From: Nitrospirota bacterium
GTDB taxonomy: Bacteria; Nitrospirota; Nitrospiria; 2-01-FULL-66-17
Direction of reading: 5' to 3'
NCBI GenBank assembly: GCA_049325335.1
Contig: JBMOMC010000044.1
Coordinates: 96,001 to 160,000 of the forward strand
DNA length: 64,000 nucleotides
Position numbers and translations under genes: made by a program. The notes beneath the pieces were generated by a model that saw only the letters and a program-made list of their open reading frames with translations, did not search any database and was not told where the DNA came from. Of the stretch, positions 1-9,080 are shown one piece after another. The number at the start of each line of letters is the position of its first letter. Within the stretch, counting starts at the first letter, position 1.

Positions 1-1
1 A

Positions 2-1735
2 CCGTTCCGGCGGCACTTGGAAGCGGTGGGCGACTTTGGCACATTCGGTTTCGCCGGATTCTTTATTGTCTTCATCCGCTATCAGACCATGGGCGGCCAC
101 CATGAAACCGATCAGTTTCCGGTGATCATGAAGGCCAAGAACTCGGTGCGCGAAGTACCCCGCATCTATCAGAGTCAATTGCTGTCCCGGCACCGAACCG
201 GGACCAAGCTGGTTCACACCGCTCACACGCTCCTGCATGATCTCAAGGAAAACGTCGTCACCCCGTACGTGATGGTGGAATCGCTCGGCTGGTTCTACAG
301 CCTGCCGCTGATCGGCAAGACCGTACTCGCCACGTGGTACCAGCGAGCGGCCGCACGGCTGCGCCGGGTGCTGGTACCGCACATTTCTACCGCGATGACC
401 GTGGACAAGCTGTCTCGGGAAGAAGTGACCGAGATGCTGGCGGCCGAGCAGCGAGGGGTGATCCGCCGTGCGCTGCAGGAGCGATTCGGCGATCGTGACC
501 TGAATCTGTCGCTCGAGCGGCTCGAATACCTGCGCAAACGCGCGTTGGAGGAACCCTCCGACGATCAGCACCCGCCCAAAGGGGCGCTGACCACCGACGA
601 GGAGACGGCCTTCATCGACGTCTTACGCGAACAGTATCGAATCAACCAAGGCGGCGCCTTTTCGCGCATGGAGCGCATTACGCGCATGGGGTTCACGCCA
701 TCCGAGCAAGCCTTCACCGTGGAGACGGCGCTCCGCATGATGGGCCTGACCGAGAACTTCGCCAGGCTCGTCCTCTTCTGCGGCCACCGGAGCACGTCGG
801 ACAACAATCCCTTCGAGGCGGCGCTGGATTGCGGGGCCTGCGGCGGCAATACCGGCAAGCCGAACGCCCGCGTCGTGGCCGCCATGGCCAACAAGGCGCA
901 GGTGCGTCATGCGCTGGCGAAGAACGGCCTCATCATTCCGCAGGACACCTATTTCATCGCCGGCCAGCACGACACCACCACCGATACGGTCGAATTGTTC
1001 GATCTGGAAGACATCCCGCATACCCATATGAGCGACCTCGATCGCTTGCTTCGCGGGCTGGAGAAGGCGGGCCGGCGGACGAGTCGCGAACGATGCGGTC
1101 GATTCCCCGAGTTGCCGCCGGATCTCTCCCTGTCGAAAGCCGTGCGGGAGACCAGCCGGCGGAGCGGCGATTGGAGCCAGGTCAGGCCGGAGTGGGGGCT
1201 CTCGGGCAATGCCGCCTTCGTGATCGGGCGACGAGAGTTGACCCACGGCGTGGACCTCGCCGGTCGGGCCTTTCTCCATTCGTACGATTACCGCGGGGAC
1301 GCCAACGGTCGCCTGCTGGAAATCGTGATGACCGGCCCGCAGGTGGTCGGTCAGTGGATCAATATGGAGCACTACTTCTCGACGGTGGACCCGGAAGTCT
1401 TCGGCGCGGGCAGCAAGATCTACCACAACGTGGTGGGACGCTTCGGTGTCATGTCCGGACCTCAGAGCGATCTGCGCACGGGGTTGGCCTGGCAGACCGT
1501 CATGGACGGACCGCGACCGTATCACGAGGCCATGCGGCTGCTCACGCTGATCGAGGCGCCCCGCAATCTGATCCTGCAGATCGTGCAGCGCCATCGCGTG
1601 CTGCGCAATCTGTACGACAACGAGTGGGTCCGCCTGGTGGCCCTTGACCCGGAAGAGGGAAGTTTCTTTTACTATCTACCCAAGCAGGGATGGACGCCCG
1701 TTTCCGACGGTCGGCATTCCGACACCACGTTGTGA
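2..1735 (+). CDS. dabA: DabA / DUF2309 (UPF0753) inorganic carbon transporter subunit, 5' end outside the window
   Basis: Motifs PFRRHLE..FGFAGFF, GH-S-S-NNPF-AALDCGACGG, HDTTTD, DWSQVRPEWGL, GRAFLHSYDY, WINMEHYFSTVD; frame open from position 2. Confidence 0.93.
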   Translation, partial: PFRRHLEAVGDFGTFGFAGFFIVFIRYQTMGGHHETDQFPVIMKAKNSVREVPRIYQSQLLSRHRTGTKLVHTAHTLLHDLKENVVTPYVMVESLGWFYSLPLIGKTVLATWYQRAAARLRRVLVPHISTAMTVDKLSREEVTEMLAAEQRGVIRRALQERFGDRDLNLSLERLEYLRKRALEEPSDDQHPPKGALTTDEETAFIDVLREQYRINQGGAFSRMERITRMGFTPSEQAFTVETALRMMGLTENFARLVLFCGHRSTSDNNPFEAALDCGACGGNTGKPNARVVAAMANKAQVRHALAKNGLIIPQDTYFIAGQHDTTTDTVELFDLEDIPHTHMSDLDRLLRGLEKAGRRTSRERCGRFPELPPDLSLSKAVRETSRRSGDWSQVRPEWGLSGNAAFVIGRRELTHGVDLAGRAFLHSYDYRGDANGRLLEIVMTGPQVVGQWINMEHYFSTVDPEVFGAGSKIYHNVVGRFGVMSGPQSDLRTGLAWQTVMDGPRPYHEAMRLLTLIEAPRNLILQIVQRHRVLRNLYDNEWVRLVALDPEEGSFFYYLPKQGWTPVSDGRHSDTTL

Positions 1736-1751
1736 CGAGGAGGAACATAGC

Positions 1752-2093
1752 ATGACCGGTCTCTCGCTTCACCCGATGAAAGAAATCCGGATCATCATCC
1801 AGGGCGAACACATCAAACTCGCCACCGACCTGTTGGACGGCATCAAGGCCACCGGCTACACGATCTTCCACAATATCTCGGGCAAGGGGCATCACGGGTT
1901 TCACACCGCCCATCCGATGTTCAACGAAATGGACAGCCTGGTGATGCTCTCGACCGTGGTCCCGCAAGAGAAGGTGGAGCCGATCCTCGCCGGGCTGAAG
2001 CCGCTCTTCGAACGCTACACCGGCGTGATGTTCGTGTCCGACGTGGCCGTGAGCCGGGCCGAATACTTTTCCGCGGCCACCGGCCGGAAGTAA
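1752..2093 (+). CDS. PII-like (SbtB-like) regulator coupled to dabA
   Basis: GAGGAGG RBS before ATG 1752; MKEIRIII, GYTI..ISGKG, GVMFVSDVAV PII-fold pattern. Confidence 0.8.
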   Translation: MTGLSLHPMKEIRIIIQGEHIKLATDLLDGIKATGYTIFHNISGKGHHGFHTAHPMFNEMDSLVMLSTVVPQEKVEPILAGLKPLFERYTGVMFVSDVAVSRAEYFSAATGRK

Positions 2094-2194
2094 CCGGTCC
2101 TGTCGAGACGATAGTATAGGGCTTGCGCGTTATCCACACCAATTCTTTGACGCCTTTCTTGCGTCGCTGGTGTGTATTCAATACACTGGGTCGC

Positions 2195-3157
2195 ATGGGC
2201 CCCATCGCCCGCCTCATCCTACTGGTCGTCTCCATCATGCCCGCGTGCACCGCTCCCCCATCGCCCGAGACCATCTTCGGCGTCGACCAACGCGAACTCG
2301 ACGCCCTGAAACTGTCCTATTACTCGGACTATGTGTCGTTTATCGGCCGCGATAAACAAGGCATCGTGGCGTTCGCCATCGATACCAATCGGGGACGAGA
2401 TCAGGACACCTGGCAAGCGGATCACTTCGCGGTCTTGTACGACGAACAGACCGGCTGGCAGCGGATGAACGGCAACGGGCCCTATGCCAACGATGCGCAC
2501 CAACTCAAGACGATTCCCGACTCCCCGTACTTTGCCTATCGCGGCTCGCCCCAGGCATGGTGGCACATCCGGAGCGCGGTCAACTCACTGGATCTTCACG
2601 CCGAACCCGTTCAGTTTCATATCAACCGTCAGCAAGGACTGGCCGAATACCGGGTGGGGTCGTCAGGCGCCGCGCTCACGTTGGGCAACCGCGTCATCGA
2701 GGGCCGGATCATCTACGAGCATCTGTTTCTCCCCGGCTACAACCGCCTCTCGCGGCGCTACGTGGGAGACTTGGAGGACTTTCACGGTCTGTATTTGTCC
2801 GTGGACAACGGCGCGGGTGACTTGTACCTGCATCGCCAATCCGGTCAGGGATTCGCGCCGTTGATCGACGCAACCGACGGGTTCCTCGCGCTCGCCAACG
2901 CCCGCAGTCCGCTGAACGCGCTCACGCTCGACCTCTCCGCCACGCGCCCCGCCATCGGGTTCTACCGCTGGCCCGCAGCGTGGCAAGGCACGTTCTCGTC
3001 CGGACCGCCCGCCTACTCGTTTCGCCTCGAATTATCCGAGCGCCATCAAGTGGCCAACTGGCTGGTCGGCGGATTCGCCATGGGCCTCGTGCGCGGCACC
3101 CTCGACACTCCCGACGGGCCGAAGCCGCTCATCGGCCTCGGCGAACTGATTATCTAA
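2195..3157 (+). CDS. Hypothetical exported protein / lipoprotein
   Basis: Long ORF with hydrophobic N-terminus ending MPAC; start uncertain (2123 or 2195). Confidence 0.6.
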   Translation: MGPIARLILLVVSIMPACTAPPSPETIFGVDQRELDALKLSYYSDYVSFIGRDKQGIVAFAIDTNRGRDQDTWQADHFAVLYDEQTGWQRMNGNGPYANDAHQLKTIPDSPYFAYRGSPQAWWHIRSAVNSLDLHAEPVQFHINRQQGLAEYRVGSSGAALTLGNRVIEGRIIYEHLFLPGYNRLSRRYVGDLEDFHGLYLSVDNGAGDLYLHRQSGQGFAPLIDATDGFLALANARSPLNALTLDLSATRPAIGFYRWPAAWQGTFSSGPPAYSFRLELSERHQVANWLVGGFAMGLVRGTLDTPDGPKPLIGLGELII

Positions 3158-3185
3158 TCATCCGGGACTATCAGTCGCGATTCTG

Positions 3186-3213
3186 GTAGGGGCACGGCAT
3201 GCCGGGTCCCTAC
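3186..3213. repeat. GTAG-type REP-like imperfect palindrome
   Basis: GTAGGGGCACGGCATGCCGGGTCCCTAC between convergent genes. Confidence 0.55.
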
Positions 3214-3300
3214 CCAACGCCCAAGCCACTGCCCAGACGTGGACTTGCGGCAATGGAGAAAATAAATCTGAGGTAGCCCCGCCCGCCAGATCAGCCCAAA

Positions 3301-3534
3301 CTACACTGCGATTTCTCGACGGCGGGCGTGGGCAATGTCCCGAGGCGTAACCGCGCGCACGTGGGAGGCGCGAACCGTGGCCACCGCAACGGTATGGCCA
3401 TCCAAAGCGACGAATTCTACCTCGAACGCTTCGCCATCGCGGTGAACGTGTACCACCGTTCCCACGTCACCGGCTTTGAGACCTTCGTCTGGGAGGTCGT
3501 TGGTTAGAACGATTCGATCATGTTCTTTAATCAT
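3301..3534 (-). CDS. DUF4926 domain protein (putative antitoxin/immunity)
   Basis: EHDRIVLTNDLP..GLKAGDVGTVVHV..AFEVEF pattern. Confidence 0.85.
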   Translation of the reverse strand: MIKEHDRIVLTNDLPDEGLKAGDVGTVVHVHRDGEAFEVEFVALDGHTVAVATVRASHVRAVTPRDIAHARRREIAV

Positions 3535-3874
3535 GTTCGTCCTCGCAGGGGTACGCCGTGATCAAACGGGGCCGGGTGCCGTCCTTCTCAATGATCCAGA
3601 CGCTTCGAATTCGAGGATTTCGGCTGTCTGGCGTGTCGAGTCAGCCTTCCACAATATATCGCGTTCCGTAGTCAGATTCCACGAATTTCACGACCGCGCC
3701 CGCCTGCCCATGTTGTTTCAAGGCCTCGGCCAATGGCGCCCATTCTCCAACCACGAAGCCAAATCGCGCGAAAAACCGTGCTTTAGCGGCTCCGTCTGGG
3801 TGATTCGGAGAGAGCAGATGGTCGGTAATCTTCTCCCGGTCGACTTGGACGCCTTTCCCATTCGGTAACCTCAT
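3527..3874 (-). pseudogene. DUF6883 domain gene interrupted by an in-frame TGA at 3641-3643
   Basis: KITDHLLSPNHPDG..KARFF N-terminus; after the TGA the same frame reads LDTPDSRNPRIRSVWIIEKDGTRPRLITAYP to TAA at 3527-3529, overlapping the DUF4926 start. Confidence 0.75.
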
Positions 3875-3967
3875 GCGCTCGCGCTTTGTCCTGGACGTTC
3901 CGCGATTCCGAGAACACGACCGTCAGGCCAGCCAACCAGGCGCGAGATTTTCTCGCCCCTCATCAGA

Positions 3968-4792
3968 TCATTTCCCCTTCAGCGTGCTGATATCGATGAA
4001 CGGCGTGGCCCCGCCAGAGACCTGCGGCAGTTTGCCGTCCCATTTATCGATCGCGCGCAGTTGCAGCATGATGGGCGTGAGGGTTTCGCGCTGGAGGCGC
4101 TGGGCTTCGGCCTCGGCCCGGGCTTGGGTGATGCGCTGGTCGGCTTCGATCTTGATGCGGTCTAAATCGCGTTTGGCTTTGAGCGCGGATTGTTCCGCGG
4201 TTTGTTTGGCCTCGATCGCGGAGTTGAACTCGTGCGAGAAGTCGAAGTTCACGATCGAAAACTCATCCACCAGGATGTTGAACTGTGTCAACCGCTCGGA
4301 CAAGCTCGCCTTCACCGCGTCTTTGACCTCGGACCGCCGCGTGATCAGCTCTTCGGCGGTAAAATGCGCGGTTACGGATTTGACCGCTTCCTGCACCGCG
4401 GGGTCGATCACGCGTTCTTTAAAACTAAGCCCGATCTCTTGGTACACCTTGTGCGCGCGGCTGGGATCGATGTGAAAATTCACCGCGATCGTGGACGAGA
4501 CGTTCTGTAAGTCTTTGGACGCGGCGCGCGCGTCGGTTTGCGACTTCTGAACCTTCACGTCGATCGTGATGATCTCCTCGAAAAACGGCAGTTTAAAGTG
4601 CAGGCCCTCCCCGAGTTGCACGTCTTTGATCCCGGACAGTTTGCTGAACAACACCCCGCGCTCGCCGGGCCCCACCACTTTAAAGGACGAGGCCGCCACT
4701 ATCAGCACGCCGATTACGATGGCGATCGTGGTGAGTTGTTTGGTGAAACCGGAGAAATCCGGTCGCTGCTTCATATCAAATACATCTGCCAT
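3968..4792 (-). CDS. Prohibitin / SPFH (band 7) family protein
   Basis: N-terminal TM, VGPGERGV, GLHFKLP, ASKDLQNV, coiled-coil, KWDGKLP. Confidence 0.92.
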   Translation of the reverse strand: MADVFDMKQRPDFSGFTKQLTTIAIVIGVLIVAASSFKVVGPGERGVLFSKLSGIKDVQLGEGLHFKLPFFEEIITIDVKVQKSQTDARAASKDLQNVSSTIAVNFHIDPSRAHKVYQEIGLSFKERVIDPAVQEAVKSVTAHFTAEELITRRSEVKDAVKASLSERLTQFNILVDEFSIVNFDFSHEFNSAIEAKQTAEQSALKAKRDLDRIKIEADQRITQARAEAEAQRLQRETLTPIMLQLRAIDKWDGKLPQVSGGATPFIDISTLKGK

Positions 4793-4897
4793 CGTTGGCC
4801 TCCTGGGTCGATGAAATGGAACGGCTCCGTGCAGCGGACCGCATTCTACTCCGTCTCGACCCGTGGATGTAAAGCGCTGATCGCCGGCGCGATCCGC

Positions 4898-4926
4898 TTG
4901 CCAAGTCGGGAATGCCCGACTAGGCT
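4898..4926 (+). promoter_or_regulatory. Sigma70-like promoter with a palindrome filling its spacer
   Basis: TTGCCA-N17-TAGGCT; AGTCGGG-AATG-CCCGACT at 4904-4921. Confidence 0.45.
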
Positions 4927-4956
4927 TAGTTCGTCGATGTTGCGGGGGGAACCGTC

Positions 4957-5373
4957 ATGAAGTTTCTGAGCACTGCGATCATCACGTTCGGCATCGTGTT
5001 CAACACCAGCCTTGGAATCGCCGGGTCCACGCCGGCCTCCAACGCCATGACCTTGGGAGTCCCGTCCTATCCGGGCTGGACCGTTCACCGGCTCGACGAC
5101 AAAGTGGACTCATCGGGCAAGACGCACCTCTATCAATACCAGTACTATTCCAACGACCGGGCGCCGCAGATCGTGAGCTTTTACGAAGAGCGGCTCAACA
5201 CCAAGGCCGCGTTCATGGAACCCACGGCCACGTACACCGTGAACACGCCGGACGGCGCCATGGTCCAGATCACCGCGCCCGCGGACGGGGTGGCCCAGAC
5301 CGATGACGCAGGCAACCCGACGGGCAAGACGTGGGCCGCGCTGATTACGATCATTCGGTTTCAGGGCCAATAA
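4957..5373 (+). CDS. Hypothetical secreted protein
   Basis: Signal-peptide-like N-terminus, VPSYPG motif. Confidence 0.7.
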   Translation: MKFLSTAIITFGIVFNTSLGIAGSTPASNAMTLGVPSYPGWTVHRLDDKVDSSGKTHLYQYQYYSNDRAPQIVSFYEERLNTKAAFMEPTATYTVNTPDGAMVQITAPADGVAQTDDAGNPTGKTWAALITIIRFQGQ

Positions 5374-5399
5374 CGCTGATTCGCTGGAGAATCTCCCCT

Positions 5400-5431
5400 G
5401 CCCCCCTTGTCAACACGGGGGCTATTTTTTT
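5400..5431 (+). terminator. Possible intrinsic terminator
   Basis: GCCCCC...GGGGGC stem followed by TATTTTTTT. Confidence 0.4.
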
Positions 5432-5482
5432 GTGGGCGGTACTGGCCTTTTCAGTCGGCTTTTGATATCAGTACACGCCGCG

Positions 5483-6508
5483 ATGGACCACCCGTATCTT
5501 TACGCGCTTCGCTCCACGATCCTGGTGGCCTTGGTGGTCTCCGGCGCAGCATCGGGGGAATCATTGGCGACGGCGTCACCGCCCATTCCATCGCTGTCTC
5601 CCACAATACCCCTTGCTCCGCCCACGCATTCGGTCTGCGGTCGCTGTCACACCGGGTCCGGAAAACCGACGGTCCAGCCCATAACTGATCCCGCGTGCGC
5701 GGAGTGCCACCTGTTCGGACGTACCGATGTGAGCGTCACGCCGCAACTGACGCGCGTGGCCGCGGCCACGCCCGCGCCAGGCAGGTCACCCGGACCACCC
5801 GTCACACAGACGATGGTCGCGATTTCCGGCGGCGAGTTCGTGATGGGCAATGACGGTCGTGGCGACGACGGGCCCGGCGATGAAGACGAACGCCCCGCGC
5901 ACCGCGTCACCATCACGCCGTTTCGGATCGATCGATACGAAACCACCAACGCCATGTACGACGAGTTCATCCGCGCCACGCGCCGCGCACCGCCCTTTCA
6001 CTGGATCAACGGGCAAGTCCCCGAGGGCAAGGCCGATCACCCGGTGGTGTACGTTAGTTGGCACGACGCGGAGGCGTTCTGCCGGTGGGCCGGTAAACGC
6101 CTGCCCACCGAGGCGGAGTGGGAACGGGCCGCGCGGGGAACCGACGGCCGGCGATTCCCCTGGGGCGATCAGTTCGCTCCGACCAAGGCCAACACACCTC
6201 AGTACTGGCTGACCCAACACGCGGACGGCGACACCCTGCCGGTAGGCTCGTTCCCTGAAGGACGGACCCCGGAGCGCGTCGAGGACATGGCGGGCAACGT
6301 GTACGAGTGGGTGGCGGACTGGTATCAACCCTATCCCGGGAACCGATTTCCCAACGTCCACTACGGGACCAAGAACAAGGTCCTTCGCGGCGGCTCCTGG
6401 TACGACTGCCTGTCCTACGGCTGCGGACTGAGCTCACCGGTGTACAATCGCAGCCGGTTTGCCCCGGACATTAAGAACAAAGGATTCGGATTCCGATGCG
6501 CGCAATAA
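5483..6508 (+). CDS. FGE-sulfatase (SUMF1) domain protein with two N-terminal heme c motifs
   Basis: Signal peptide, CGRCH and CAECH, then GGEFVMG, ERPAHRV, RLPTEAEWERAARG, GNVYEW, RGGSW, GFRC. Confidence 0.85.
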   Translation: MDHPYLYALRSTILVALVVSGAASGESLATASPPIPSLSPTIPLAPPTHSVCGRCHTGSGKPTVQPITDPACAECHLFGRTDVSVTPQLTRVAAATPAPGRSPGPPVTQTMVAISGGEFVMGNDGRGDDGPGDEDERPAHRVTITPFRIDRYETTNAMYDEFIRATRRAPPFHWINGQVPEGKADHPVVYVSWHDAEAFCRWAGKRLPTEAEWERAARGTDGRRFPWGDQFAPTKANTPQYWLTQHADGDTLPVGSFPEGRTPERVEDMAGNVYEWVADWYQPYPGNRFPNVHYGTKNKVLRGGSWYDCLSYGCGLSSPVYNRSRFAPDIKNKGFGFRCAQ

Positions 6509-7446
6509 AGACGGAACCGGGGGTGGGGAGAGTGGGAGAGCGGGCGCAAGAGCAAAACCATGGTGGGCAAAACGCTCGAAAAGGACTTCAGCTTTTTCTC
6601 CGGCTCCCCCGCTCCCCCCACCTCCCCCTCATCCTTCTCGCACTGACAGCCTGCACCCCAATACCTCCCGGCATGGTCTCCGTCCCCGGCGGATCGTTCG
6701 TGATGGGGACGGACCAGGTGGATACGGAACACAAGGCCGCGGAGTACGGGATCATCAAACCGTGGTTTGAAGACGAGCACCCCGCGCACGCCGTGACTGT
6801 CGCGTCGTATTACCTCGACAAGTACGAGGTCACGAATGCGGATTATCAGACCTTCGTGCGTGCGACCAACCGCCGGCCGCCGCCGGACTGGTCGGGCGCG
6901 AGCCATCCGCCGGGCCTTGCGCGTTGGCCGGTGGCGTCGGTCTCGTGGGACGACGCGGATGCGTACTGCCGCTGGGCCGGCAAACGTCTCCCCACCGAGG
7001 CAGAGTGGGAATACGCCGCTCGGGGATCAGGAGGACGACTCTTCCCCTGGGGCGGCACGTTCGAGTTAGGGCATGCCAACATCGGCGGCGGCAGAAACGG
7101 GCCCGTGGCCGTGGGCAGCTACCCGCGGGGACAATCCCAGCTCGGCGTCCATGATCTGGTCGGCAATGTGTGGGAATGGACCGCGGACTGGTACCAGCCA
7201 TACCCGGGCAATCCGACCATGACCCCGACTGACCCGCCCCCCGGCCGCGTGCTCAGGGGCTCGTCATGGTCAGGGGTCGGCCACTTTCCGCCCGGAACCA
7301 TCGAACAGATCCTCGCGCACAACGCGCGCGGCAGCTTCCGGCTGTACGCGGATCCCAACGGACGATTGAACGACGTGGGGTTTCGCTGCGCACGAGATGG
7401 AGTGTACCAGACGAGGGGGAGACGGGGCGAAGGAGAGATGGGATGA
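6496..7446 (+). CDS. FGE-sulfatase (SUMF1) domain lipoprotein (start uncertain)
   Basis: Lipobox LTAC; GGSFVMG, EHPAH, RLPTEAEWEYAARG, GNVWEW, VGFRC. Confidence 0.85.
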   Translation: MRAIKTEPGVGRVGERAQEQNHGGQNARKGLQLFLRLPRSPHLPLILLALTACTPIPPGMVSVPGGSFVMGTDQVDTEHKAAEYGIIKPWFEDEHPAHAVTVASYYLDKYEVTNADYQTFVRATNRRPPPDWSGASHPPGLARWPVASVSWDDADAYCRWAGKRLPTEAEWEYAARGSGGRLFPWGGTFELGHANIGGGRNGPVAVGSYPRGQSQLGVHDLVGNVWEWTADWYQPYPGNPTMTPTDPPPGRVLRGSSWSGVGHFPPGTIEQILAHNARGSFRLYADPNGRLNDVGFRCARDGVYQTRGRRGEGEMG

Positions 7447-7518
7447 AGATCGAAAGAACTCTAGTGCCCTGGCCCTTTCACCCATTCGCCCCCTCTCCCA
7501 CTCACCCCCTCGTGTTTT

Positions 7519-8163
7519 TCACAACAACCCCCGCTTCCGTAAGAATTCCGCATCGACCTTTTCGGATTTGACGTCGCCGCCGGTCAGCAAGCGTTCGACG
7601 TACTTGGCAATCAGATCCGGTTCGAGATTGACGGACGATCCGGGCGGTTTGAGTCCCAGGTTGGTGACGTCCGCGGTGTGCGGGATGATCATCACGCCAA
7701 AGGTTTTCTCGGTCAACGACGTGATGGTGAGGCTTACGCCGTCGATCGTAATCGAGCCCTTGCCCACGCAGTAGCGAAGGATCTCGCGAGGCGCCTCGAT
7801 CGTGAGGTTGATCGCGTTCGCATCCGGTGTGCGGGAGGCCACGCGGCCCACAGCTTCCACGTGCCCGCTCACCAGGTGCCCGCCCAACCGGTCGCCCAAC
7901 CGCATCGCCCGTTCTAGATTGACGCCGTCGCCGGGCGCAAGGCCGCCCAGCGTGGTCACGCGCAGCGTCTCGGGCCCCACGTCCACGGCAAAGCCGTGAT
8001 CGGTCAATCGCACCACGGTCACACACACCCCGTTGACCGTCACACTGTCGCCCACATTCATATCTTTGATCACGCGTCGCGCGAGCACGGTCAACACCGC
8101 GGATTGCAGCCCGCGCTCCAACGCCTGCACCACGCCCAGTTCTTCCACGATTCCGGTGAACAT
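7519..8163 (-). CDS. ribE: Riboflavin synthase
   Basis: MFTGIVEE N-terminus, GDSVTVNGVCVTV, VNLERA, GGHLVSGHV. Confidence 0.97.
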   Translation of the reverse strand: MFTGIVEELGVVQALERGLQSAVLTVLARRVIKDMNVGDSVTVNGVCVTVVRLTDHGFAVDVGPETLRVTTLGGLAPGDGVNLERAMRLGDRLGGHLVSGHVEAVGRVASRTPDANAINLTIEAPREILRYCVGKGSITIDGVSLTITSLTEKTFGVMIIPHTADVTNLGLKPPGSSVNLEPDLIAKYVERLLTGGDVKSEKVDAEFLRKRGLL

Positions 8164-8166
8164 GAG

Positions 8167-8985
8167 TTAGGATTCCTCCCCTAATCGATACAACAAGTCC
8201 ATTGGCCCCTTCCCGTGGCCAATGGCCAGCCCGTGTCGGATCGCCTCGGTGATGTACGATTTCGCGGCCCGCACCGCCGCCACCAAGTCCGCACCCTTGG
8301 CCAGGTGCGCGGTGATCGCAGCCGAGTATGCGCAGCCCGTGCCGTGCGTGTGCGGGCTGTCGATCCACTCCCCGGGGATCACGGTCCACGTTGCGCCGTC
8401 GAACAACACGTCGGTCCCCGGCGCCTCGGACAAATGCCCACCCTTGAGCAACACGGCGCGAGCACCGAGTTGGTGAACCTTGCGGGCGGCCGCGCGCGCG
8501 TCGTCGATCGTCGCAACGCGCATCCCGGTCAGCGCCTCGGCCTCCGGCACATTGGGCGTCACCACCTCGGCCAAGGGCATCAGATCGTGGATCAGCGCGG
8601 TGACGGCACCGGGTTCGAGCAATCGCACGCCGGTGGACGCCACCATGACCGGATCCACGACCAACCGAGGCGAGCCGTGCTTGCGTAAGCGCTCCGCCAC
8701 GGTCCGCACGATCTCGGCCGAATACAGCATCCCGGTCTTGACCGCAGCGATCGCGAAATCGGAGAACACCGCATCGAGTTGCGACTCGATCACGTCGCGC
8801 GGCATCGGGTGAATGCGGCTGATCGTGGTGGTGTTCTGCGCCGTGACGGCAACCACCACCGACAGGCCGAACGCCCCGTTCGCGGCCATGGCTTTGATGT
8901 CGCCCTGAACGCCGGCGCCGCCGCCCGGATCGGACGTCGCAATGGTGAGGGTTTGATGAATCGTCCTCGCGTCGGTCATACCCAT
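8167..8985 (-). CDS. thiD: Hydroxymethylpyrimidine/phosphomethylpyrimidine kinase
   Basis: TIATSDPGGGAGVQGDIK, VKTGML, VVDPVM, TPNVPEA, LKGGH, THGTGC. Confidence 0.96.
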   Translation of the reverse strand: MGMTDARTIHQTLTIATSDPGGGAGVQGDIKAMAANGAFGLSVVVAVTAQNTTTISRIHPMPRDVIESQLDAVFSDFAIAAVKTGMLYSAEIVRTVAERLRKHGSPRLVVDPVMVASTGVRLLEPGAVTALIHDLMPLAEVVTPNVPEAEALTGMRVATIDDARAAARKVHQLGARAVLLKGGHLSEAPGTDVLFDGATWTVIPGEWIDSPHTHGTGCAYSAAITAHLAKGADLVAAVRAAKSYITEAIRHGLAIGHGKGPMDLLYRLGEES

Positions 8986-9080
8986 CCGGATATCCGAAAT
9001 GACGGCATTCTACATGGTCCCCGCGTCACCTTCAACGCACAGCACTTGACCTTCGCGGTTCGAATCCTCACACTCAGCGC

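Noticed and set aside
3641..3643. TGA as a selenocysteine or recoded codon in DUF6883
   Set aside because: The position is not a recognisable Cys site, no convincing SECIS follows, and TGA is a normal stop elsewhere in the window
7519..9080. FMN or TPP riboswitch upstream of thiD-ribE
   Set aside because: The short upstream gap lacks the conserved aptamer motifs
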